A DNA stretch of 64,000 nt, from the NCBI RefSeq assembly GCF_009914755.1, contig NC_060936.1; one strand, written 5' to 3'. The notes under the pieces were generated by a model that saw nothing but the letters and a program-made list of their open reading frames with translations, was not told the origin of the DNA and made no database searches. This DNA is from the human T2T-CHM13v2.0 reference genome, Homo sapiens. Both the position numbers and the translations under genes were made by a program. This document shows positions 40,508-51,475 of this stretch, one piece after another. How positions within the stretch are numbered: position 1 is the stretch's first letter; every line of letters starts with the position of its first letter.

Positions 40508-41812
40508 AGAGGACTTCAAAAAGTTCAAGGACAAATGGAATTAAAGATAAAAATTAAAAAGATGAACTTGTTTTTCAACATATCATCAAGTTCAAGACAC
40601 TTATTATAAATTATGATACCAGCCATTTAGTCTGTCCCTAAAGAACTGAGGCTCCTAAGAATTTAACCATGTTGATGCAGTTTTTTTTTTTACATTATTA
40701 AGTGAGGAACAATGGATACCCTTTACAGATTTTTTTAACATTCAGAAACAAAAAGAAGTCAGAATGAGCCAAATCAGGACGATAAGTTGGATGTCTAACG
40801 AATTCCCACTGATATTCTCACAATATTGCCCTTGTTTGATGAGAGGCATGAGCAGAAGCATTGTTGTGGTGGAGAAGCATTGTCATGATGAAGCTTTCCT
40901 GGGCATTTTTCCTCAAAGGCTTTGGTTAACTCTCAAAACACTCATAATAGGCAGATGCTATTGTTCTTTGGCTATCTGGTATGTCAACAAGCAACATGCT
41001 CTGAGCATTCCAAAAAATTGTTGCCATGACCATTGCCTTTGACTAGTCCACTTTTGCTTTGATTGTACCATTTCCACCTCTTGGTAGCCATTACTTTGAT
41101 TCTGCTTTGTTTTCAGGATCATACTAGTAAAGCCATGTTTCATCTCCGGTTACAATTCTTCAAAGGAATGCTTCAGGGTCTTCATCCCACTCGTTTCCAT
41201 AAAAGCTATGCTCTTGTCTGCAGCTGATCTGGGCTCACTGGTTTTGGCATCCATCAAGTGGAAAGTTTGTTCAATTTTTTTCAGTCAGAGCTGTGTAAGC
41301 TGAACAAACTAAGATGTCTATGGTGTTGGCTATTGTTTGTGCTGTTAACTGTTGGTCCTCCTCAAATAGGGCACTAAATTTTTTTTTAAAAAAGGGCATT
41401 AACAAGGTTAAATTTTTCTACACAAATTGATGTAGATGGTCTGCCACAATGGGCTGCATCTTAAACATTGTCTCATTCCTTCTTAAAATGAGTCATCCAT
41501 TTGTAAACTGATTTCTTTGTGGCATTGTCCCCATAAACTTTTTATAAAGCATCAGTGATTTCACCGTTCTTCCACTGAAGCTTCACCATAAATGTGATGT
41601 TTGTTCTTGCCTTAATTTTAGCAGAATTCATGTTGCTTTCACAGGGGGTCTTTTCAAATGGATGCCTTATCTTTCTTAGTGCTTCAAACTAGATTGTATT
41701 TATACACATTATAATAAGTTAGTAAGAGTTTATTTTGGTGCAAAAAGTTTTTGAAATCCATCTATAGTTTTCTCATAAATGCATTTTCCATGAACTTTTC
41801 AAAGACCTCTTT
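40508..41812 (-). mobile_element. Near full-length HSMAR2 mariner transposon (inactive)
   Basis: TIRs agaggacttcaaaaagttcaaggacaaatg and cattttccatgaacttttcaaagacctc, ~1.3 kb apart. The minus strand from 41631 reads MNSAKIKARTNITFMVKLQWKNGEITDAL*. Mariner motifs IVTGDETW, LLHHNNASAH and HPTYRPDLAHSDF are present. Confidence 0.92.
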
Positions 41813-44766
41813 TCCATCATAAATCTAAAAAATGTTAAGATTTAAGTAGCTTCACTCATCTAAGAGAATCACTAAGCATTTATTTGACTGCTTGTTTTTC
41901 TTCTACTTTAAGGTGTGCATTTGTTTCTTACTGCATGTAATAAAAGGAGCCATATAAAAAAGGTTTGTTATATGGTATAATAAGCACCGTATATACATGG
42001 TCTTTCTGGATACTCACAACAGCCTTGTGAGACAAAGACAACCCCGTTTTACAAATGACAAAAACAAGGCTTAGGGCTATGAAATAACCAAGCAAATGAG
42101 TTTGATTCCAAAGCTCATTCTAATAACCACTAAGTAAATGTCAGTGCACTGTTGTATATTTTTACCGTATTTTATAAAAGGTCCCTAAAGACCCAAATCC
42201 TCTGTGCATTTAGTTACAAGCACCATTCTGCATTTCCCCCCAATACATTTTCCCCTGGTTTATACCTATCTTCTTTGTTCTATTATTTTTGAAATTTTGA
42301 GTAGTAAAGGAATTTGGGAGAGGGAGGATGAAGAGAGAGAGAAAGGAAGACAGAATCACACCGATTAAGATGAATTTAGAAAGTAAGACCACTACGGCTC
42401 ACATTGGTGGCATTTCCCTATGTGTCTTTGCAATGCTCTTATCTGACACAGGTCTCTTAAAGGTTGGGTTGAATATCTGTTCCTCAGTTATTGCTCTTTT
42501 ACTCCCCAAAATCTTCCCCTACAAAGGACTAAAAATAGTGATCAGAAATGACCTTTCCCTCCTTAGTCCCAGGTTTGTTTGGGATTTCATGTAATAAACT
42601 AGAGCATGGGTGTCCTCTTCCACTGATTGCCATGTTCATTTCATGGCCTTAGTCAGGTGCCTTGGCTGCAAATTTTCCCTCTCTACACTGAAAAACCCAG
42701 TTTTGCTGGGCAATTTTAGTTCCCACTATGAAGAAAACCCTTCCAGCATGTAAATGCAATGCTTGGTGAGGCCTTTCCTGAAAAGCAGTGTTGGCCTTCA
42801 CACACAAGATGAGACATGTGGAGATTAACTTTAATATCTAATCTATTGCAGAGGTGAAACTAAATTCTATTTCTTTCTCCTCATCTGAAATGAAAAGGAA
42901 ATGCTTGAAATTTTGCCCCCCAAAATAGAGCACTTTAATCAAACCATTTTAATGTGATATTCCTGTGTCTTCATTAAGTTTCCAGACAGTTTTAATGTTT
43001 ATTGAACTAAATTGATAGGGTTAAACATCTTTGTAAGTATAAACTAAAGTTTTTATGGCTATTTCTATTATTGTGTAAAAGAAAAATAACAAAAAAGTAT
43101 CTATTCGTTTGAGGAGGTAGCTGGTATTTGCTAGCAAAGGAGAACAGCCATATAATTAACTGTGTCAAAATGTTTTCTTTGTTCACAGTTAATCTAACTG
43201 CAGCTGCTAGGAGGCAGAATGCATAAATATGACTGTGTACTTTTAATTACAGAAAATGACAGGCGTAAGTTGTGACTGGAGTGTTGCCTGAGATTGTTGT
43301 GGGCAAAAATGTTGCTCAGAGACTCATTGAATTAATAAGTAGCCTTTTATTTTTTGGTGTCCAAATTGTATAGATGTTACTAGCAACTAAAATAAAATTA
43401 AATTTCAGAATTTTAATCAGCCAAAGAAAATTTAAATATAATCCTGCAACATATTTAGAGAAATCATGGCACATAATAACCATTTGATATTGAACATTAT
43501 ATACAATAATACTTCATACATGTGATTTTTGTCTTGGAGCAAGAAATGCTCTACATAAGTGAATTTTCTAGAGATACCTTTAAGAATTAAATTATTTCTC
43601 CCAATTTTCCTCTCCATTCTGTGCAAAGAAGTCACTCCCAATTCTGATTTTTTTCCCTAGATGCTCTAATAATAATGAAGACAAAATATCTCATATTTGC
43701 TGATTTTTCTGTTTTGATAACACATAGTAATGCCTATAAATGGAGGGGTGGGTAGCTCTGAGTCCTGGGGTTCATTCCCCTCTAGGTGTTGATACTTATG
43801 ACATAGTATGAAAGAGAAATGGAGCAGCACTTCATTATTTGGGACATTGTTCTCTTCTTCTTCCCCTTTTCTCTTCTACCTTTAATGGCTGAATAGTATA
43901 GCAGAATGTTCATTGGGCTTTCCATCAAACATATTTTATATTCATTGTAACTCTGAGCAGAGAACTTAACCTTTCTGAAAATCAGTTCATTTCTTTATAT
44001 GGATGAAATAGGATCATCAATGTTTAAATTTTAAATATAGTGATTGCTCAGAAATGTTATTCCTTTTCTTTTTATTTTTCTCCTCTATAACTATTTTTTA
44101 ATCACCTTTTTATTATACATCTTTTCTCCTTTCTGTGCTATGGTAGACAGGTAGGGGGTGTGGTATTGGCTAGGGAGGCTTAAGGGGTCACGGTCAATGC
44201 TGTAGATAATTGCTGTTTTCAGCTGCCTTGTTGCCTTCATTCTATTGTCTATCCCTGCACGCAGCCACTGTGGGGGTGGCTGTCACCTTGGTGACAGCAG
44301 TTTTGTGCCATGCATGTGGTGTGAACACTGGCTTAGAGCAGGGTATAAACAGGTCCTGCTGCTTCAAGTAATTCGGTATAAGCAGACAGACTATTGCCTT
44401 TGTTCTCTTAGCAGCTCTGCTGCTGAAATACACTAATAATAGAACATGTTAGTTGAAATTATGCCTCTCCATCTCTAATTACTGCATGCCAAAGTATTCT
44501 GACTGCTACTGTCATTTCCCAGCAACTGATGGCTGCAGGTGATTGTTTCAGATTGTGCTCAAGGGACTTCTTCCACTCATTCTACTCATTCTCCCTTTGC
44601 CCCACTACGTCATGTGTTCAATAACTTGACTGATTCATTTCAGTATGCTGAATGGTTTGAATGAAATAGAAATGAACTTTAAGAAAATATTTTCAAATCA
44701 GCAGATGTTCATTGTGGGTTTTCTCTGTGTAAAGGAAAGTGGAACAGTCATAGAAATTGTTTAGTT

Positions 44767-45665
44767 ATATCCAGAATCTACAATGAACTCAAACAAATTT
44801 ACAAGAAAAAAACAAACAACCCCATCAAAAAGTGGGCAAAGGACATGAACAGACACTTCTCAAAAGAAGACATTTATGCAGCCAAAAAACACATGAAAAA
44901 ATGCTCACCATCACTGGCCATCAGAGAAATGCAAATCAAAACCACAGTGAGATACCATCTCACACCACTTAGAATGGCAATCATTAAAAAGTCAGGAAAC
45001 AACAGGTGCTGGAGAGGATGTGGAGAAATAGGAACACTTTTACACTGTTGGTGGGACTGTAAACTAGTTCAACCATTGTGGAAGTCAGTGTGGTGATTCC
45101 TCAGGGATCTAGAACTAGAAATACCATTTGACCCAGCCATCCCATTACTGGGTATATACCCAAAGGACTATAAATCATGCTGCTATAAAGACACATGCAC
45201 ACGTATGTTTATTGCGTCACTATTCACAATAGCAAAGACTTGGAACCAACCCAAATGTCCAACAATGATAGACTGGATTAAGAAAATGTGGCACATATAC
45301 ACCATGGAATACTATGCTGGCATAAAAAATGATGAGTTCATTTCCTTTGTAGGGACATGGATGAAATTGGAAATCATCATTCTCAGTAAACTATCGCAAG
45401 GACAAAAAACCAAACACTCTCATGTTCTCATAGGTGGGAATTGACCAATGAGAACACATGGACACAGGAAGGAGAACATCACACTCTGGGGCCTGTCATG
45501 GGGTGGGGGGAGGGGGGAGGGATAGCATTAGGAGATATACCTAATGCTAAATGACGAGTTAATGGGTGCAGCACACCAGCATGGCACATGTATACATATG
45601 TAACTAACCTGCACATTGTGCACATGTACCCTAAAACTTAAAGTATGATAATAATAATAAAAAAG
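44767..45665 (+). mobile_element. 5'-truncated young L1PA (PA2-4-like)
   Basis: ORF2 C-terminal remnant ([21 protein letters not shown]…[17 protein letters not shown]), G-rich 3'UTR and A-rich tail. Confidence 0.96.
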
Positions 45666-46684
45666 ATGATCTATGCATTCCTGAGCCTAATTTTCCGGAT
45701 TTTGATGAAGACAACTATTCAATTCCATCCCTACTCCTACCTAACTCCCCCACGTCTCTATGCATTTCAGGCAGACCTTCAACCACGACCTGATATTCTT
45801 CCTGCTGCAGACAGCCAGCTCTGTTCAGTCAGGCTTTGGATCCTGGAGACTCTCTAATCTAGTTTCTAAGTTTTACAGATGAAGAAATTCTGTGTTACAT
45901 GAAGTGTCCAAGATCTCACAGTAGCTTAAGCAAAGATAGAAGACAAACCCAGCATTCCCAACTGTTGATATTGTATGCTCTGTGCCTCACTTCATTGTAT
46001 GTTTTACCTGTTATTTAATGTAACAGATGTTGCTGATAAAATGTGAACAGAAGTTGTCAGTGGCAGGTACAAATCCCAGGCCAACATCGAAAGTTTGTCA
46101 CTGTCAGAACTTCTGTTCAGTTTTAGTTACATCTGCTAAGGATTCTAAGCACAGTGTACATGAACCTTCCAAAAGATCCTTGGCATTTTTACATCACTTT
46201 TGTTTCCTCCTGCTTTTTATATTTTATGGAATGAGTCCAAAATGATCAAGGCATGTACAGTTTACATAATTGTGCACTCAAACTTGAATTTTACATGCAT
46301 CCAGAATTTGGTCTAATTCTGTAAAATAAAACCTCAGTTGGAACTGGGCTATGCTGAAAAGCAAGTTTGATATAAGTGACATTCAAGATCACCTTGTATT
46401 TTCCAGATGATCAGACCTGCTGTTTCTAAAAGAGTACCTCACTTTGTAGACCACTAAATGCAAATTGTATTTTAAACTATAGATTTGGGGGAGGAGGGGT
46501 AATTAAGAGTTATAGTAATATTGATTCTTACCCATGTATGAGTACAGATGATATCCCCATTTATTCAGACATTGTTTTATACCTTTCATTATTGTTTTAT
46601 TGATTTTAATGCCCTTATTAGATTCATTTTCAGATATTATAAAGGTTTGTTTACTCTTGTGCATTGGTCTACTTTTCTTTCTCT

Positions 46685-46993
46685 TTCCTTTTTTTTTTTT
46701 TTTTTTTTGAGATGGAGTCTCACTCTGTCGGCAGGGCTGGAGTGCAGTGGCGTGATCTCCTGGGATCAAGTGATTCTCCTACCTTGGCCTCCCAAGTAGC
46801 TGGAACTACAGGCACCCACCACCACGCCTAGCTAATTTTATTTATTTATTTATTTAGTATTTTTAGTAGAGATGGAGTTTCACCATATTGGCCAGGCTGG
46901 TCTTGAACAAACTCTTGTGTGCGGATCAAGTGATCCACCTGCCTGGGCCTCCCAAAGTGCTGGAATTACAGGCAAGAGCCACCGCACCAGGCC
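46685..46993 (-). mobile_element. AluS with ~22-nt internal deletion
   Basis: Antisense Alu in which gtgatctc joins directly to ctgggatcaag; degenerate TSD attgg(a)tcta(c/t)ttttct. Confidence 0.9.
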
Positions 46994-47149
46994 ATTGGAT
47001 CTATTTTTCTGTCATGTTTTTCAAGTTTGTTTTTGTTGACTTACTAAAGAAAAATTGGTTTTTTAATGTTAATTATGTGTTCAGCATCTCTCTAGGACTT
47101 TCTTCTCAGTTCATGTAGTTTGTCTTTCTATCTTTCTAATCTTATCTTG

Positions 47150-47570
47150 AACAGCCCACTCAGCTTTGTTCCAACAACAGGGACCTTCAGATAGTTCCTA
47201 AAATTCCCCAAGCATTTTCCTCACCCAGAGCCTTTGCTTTTCCTATGTCTCAAGTGTTCTTCAGCCCAAGTGGTTAGCTCTATTTTCTTTATCTTTCAAG
47301 CCACCATTTAAAAATCAACTTATCGCAGAGATTATTCCTAATTATACCATCAAATGTGGGCCCTTCCCTCTATTGTGCTTTTCAAATTCCCCAGCATCAC
47401 GTTTTTACCCTTCTTAAAATGTATCGCAAGCTGGAATTGTTTTACTTACTTGCATTTTTACATTAAAATATGAGTTTCATCAGGAAAGGAGCTTATCAGT
47501 GTGGCTCACTATTATCTTCTTAGCACCTAAAGCTGTGTCTGACAAATTGTAGGTGTTCAGAAAATATAAG
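47150..47570 (+). mobile_element. L2 fragment
   Basis: cccagagcctttgcttttcct...tagcacctaaagctgtgtctgacaaattgtaggtgttcag. Confidence 0.55.
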
Positions 47571-47852
47571 AACACAAGAAGAGTGACCTGAGACTAATGA
47601 TCTAACATCTCTGATTATAAGTAGAAAATACATTTTCAAAGCATATAGTGATACACTCTGTCTCCGCTGTAAAAGAATAAAAATAAAATATAATCATAAT
47701 GAATATCCATGACAATAAAACATAGTGAAATTTTCTGGTCTAAGTCCTGTCCCCAAGTGCCATGCAGGAACAACAACAAAAAGCCAAGAATAATGCATAG
47801 GGACTCAGCACCCAAGTACGGTTTGAGCCACCTGAATTTAAACAGTCTGTGA

Positions 47853-47936
47853 TTGATTTAGTATCTCTCTTTCTCTCTCTCTCTCTATATATATATGTGT
47901 GTGTGTATATATATACATATAGAGATACTAAATCAA
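47853..47936. repeat. Inverted repeat around a (CT)n(TA)n(TG)n microsatellite
   Basis: ttgatttagtatctct (47853-47868) is the exact reverse complement of agagatactaaatcaa (47921-47936). Confidence 0.9.
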
Positions 47937-48339
47937 ATATACAAATTTTCTCTTATATTTATATGTGTTTAAACATATACCTATATGTTTATAAGTTAAA
48001 ACACACACACTATGTGTGTGTATATGTGTGTATATATACGTGTGTATATATGTGTGTATATGTGTGTATATATACGTGTGTATATATGTGTGTGTATATA
48101 TATACGTGTGTATATATGTGTGTGTATATATGTGTGTATATACACACATACACATGTGTATATACACACACATATATACACACATGTATATACACACACA
48201 TATATACACACGTGTATATACACACACATATATACACACGTATATATACACACACATAGTGTGTGTGTGTTTTAACTTATAAACATATAGGTATATGTTT
48301 AAACATATACAAATATAAGAGAAAATTTGTATATATTGA
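47933..48339. repeat. ~407-bp AT-rich palindrome with a TG/TA/CA microsatellite core
   Basis: Outer arms are reverse complements with very few differences; the centre at 48139/48140 has no spacer. Confidence 0.95.
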
Positions 48340-48421
48340 AACATATACCAGTATAAGAGAAATTATGATAAATATTTAATAAATAGCTCAAGAATCACTT
48401 GCTGCAGAAATTCAGAACATG

Positions 48422-48778
<357 letters not shown>

Positions 48779-50683
48779 TCAATAGAAGAATAGGGCTTAT
48801 TTGACCAAGGGTCATTAACAGTGTTCTGTTAATGAACCTTGAATTGGCCACAGAAAACAATATCCTGATCTGTCAAATAAATGTTACCAAGTGCTTACTA
48901 CATTCAGCAGTGCGTTTAGTTTGCGGAAGAGCAGAATGACTAAATGAATGAATGAATTTTAAAATTGAGTTAGTTATGTGGACGTTTGGCAAATGTACAA
49001 AAAGAATCAGCAAAGTTTTATTACAATGCAAATGTTATGCTGCATTTTAATTTCTATTTAGCCTCTAATATGCAACATTAAATCAAACTATTGTGTACAA
49101 GAACCTTAAAGTTCATTTAATGTGATTTTAATTCATGTTATAAATTAAATTATTTGCAATGGAAATGGAGAAATGTCTTATATCTTAGTTTAGACTTGTC
49201 AGCTTTCCAGGCTAATTTTGTGCACAGTAATACTAACTGTAGACAGACACTGTACATGAACTACAGTGTCCAAATCATAGATCGGACCTACAATAAATTT
49301 CTGTGTGGAGGAGAATAAATTCTCCTCCTTCTCTCCATTCTCATATCAAACTCCTCCGGTATTGCATTGCTGGTTAGCACAAACTAACCCATAAACAGCA
49401 TTTAAGGGGATGTTGCCATTGCTGAAGCACATACTGCTATTGAATCCCATTCTTCAAGCTTCTCATGCATCACTGAAAGTCATTCAGGACTCTGGATTCA
49501 CCAGGAACTATAAAAGCCACCAGCAACTACTGAGAAGGCAATGCAATTGAAGTGTAACTCTGGTTGGAAAATAAGTAGGGAATTGGGTGTTGAGTCCCTG
49601 CGTGTTATTCCTGGCCAAATACATCAGAGCTACATGTCAGGTTTTGTCCAAAAGTGTTGTATTTGCTTTGATTTTCAGAAGTTCAATATAATTCCATTAT
49701 TACAAGTTCATCTATTTCTTAATGTTTTAAATACATTTTATCTAAGTATTGTTTTGTATTGGATTTACTCTGAATATGTCAGGTCTTTATAGAGAAAACA
49801 GTAAATAGGAAATATGATACAATATTTACAGAAAATATTCTCCAGTTAATGTATCTTATTATTATATGCTCTTCCTTATATGGTAGAGTTTATGAAGTTA
49901 TTGAGTTCATTAGAAAGTGAATTAAGAACATGAAATAGGTCCAGTAAAATATGAACCCACACATCAAAAAAAAAGATCTAATCTCCAAGTGGCTTGAAGT
50001 GTAGTGTAAATCCAGTAAAGCTCCAAAATAAATAAAATAAAATAAAACGATATTATAGTATGCATATTCAAATGTATTAATAAAATTGTGTGAAACCTTT
50101 TTTTAAAGAAATGTAAATCTAAGTTAAGTGTTCTTGCTGTTACAGATTAATAGATCCACAACTTTCTAATTTCAAATTTGAAAAGCTAAACTTGTGCACC
50201 AAAATATTTTCAGCTGAAATATTTTTAAACATTATATTTTTTCTATTATTACTTGAGCTTTTTAAACTTAGTAATTCAAACTAATCTTGGAACACTTGCA
50301 AAATGTGATGGAAATGAAGAAGAAATAAGCTGTAAATTCAAGATGGCTGAAGTTTAATTTCTGTGCCGACCTTGGGTATGTCTAGGGAGGAAAATTGGCA
50401 CTCTCTTAACAAAACAAACCAGAGCTTAGTTTCTACATAGAACAAGGTTTGAAATGAATATGGAATGAAGGTAAATATTTAGAAGATTAATTCTTTGAGC
50501 TTCCTCAATACCTTAGTTTTGCAAGACTTTGAAACCATCTTCTCCAGGGACAAAAGAAAGTAATTACCTCTCCTCCACATGACGTTTAATCATGCTCTAT
50601 TTTTCGAAGAACAGCTGTGCAACACTGGCTGGGCTACAAATTAAACATACCTCCTTCAACTTGCTTAGATTTAAAAGATAATG

Positions 50684-50960
50684 AATATGTTGGGTGACAG
50701 AATCTGAATTCAAAAAGACTTTAATAGGCCAGAGCTATAAGCTGAAAACAAGATGAAAGTAATCAAGGATAAATGTAAGGTCCTATACTTGAGTCCAAGA
50801 AACCAAGTGAGTAAATACAGGGTGGGGAAGATAGGACTTAATGGCAACAGACTGAATTAAGCACCAGAGAATTTAGAAGCTATATTTGATAAGAAGCTAA
50901 ATATGAGTTGGTGGTTTCATCTAACTAAAAAAAAAAATAGAATGTGGCACATGGTACATA
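50684..50960 (+). mobile_element. L3/CR1 fragment
   Basis: gacagaatctgaattcaaaaagac...aaggataaatgtaaggtcctatacttgag...aaatacagggtgggga matches the CR1 ORF2 3' region. Confidence 0.7.
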
Positions 50961-51399
50961 AGTAAAAGCATTCATCATTGAAGACCTAACCTAGTTTGAT
51001 ACAACATAATATGAATTCGAGGGACTTACAGCTCTTTGCAAAAAAACGCTATCACTGTTATTTTAATATTTGTTCAAGCAGAGATCAAAGGATCTACGCT
51101 GACATAATCTTCCTTTTACTAGTTGTACTAAAACTCCAACAGTTTCTGTTATTATAGAATTTGTAAAAGCTTAGATACTAGCTGGCATCAGAATATTATG
51201 TATATTAAAAATTAGCATATATACCACACATGAATAAGTGAAACAAGATGTAGCTTAATGAAATTATGTTGTGGAACTATCCATTTAACTTATGTCACAT
51301 TTGTTAAATCTAGATTACTTTCATAATTCTGACAAAGATTAACAACTGACCATTGTGTAATAGAGAAAGAAAATAGGACCTATGTAAAAATCACAGAGG

Positions 51400-51475
51400 G
51401 TCTAGGAATATGATGTATAAAATATTTTGAGGCTTCAGTCTAGGAATATGATGTACGAGACATTTTGAGGCTTCA
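51400..51475. repeat. 38-bp tandem duplication
   Basis: gtctaggaatatgatgta....a.attttgaggcttca x2 with 4 clustered mismatches. Confidence 0.9.

Noticed and set aside
47849-48344. Six overlapping ORFs, with the same peptide on both strands
   Set aside because: A consequence of the palindrome and microsatellite, not coding evidence.
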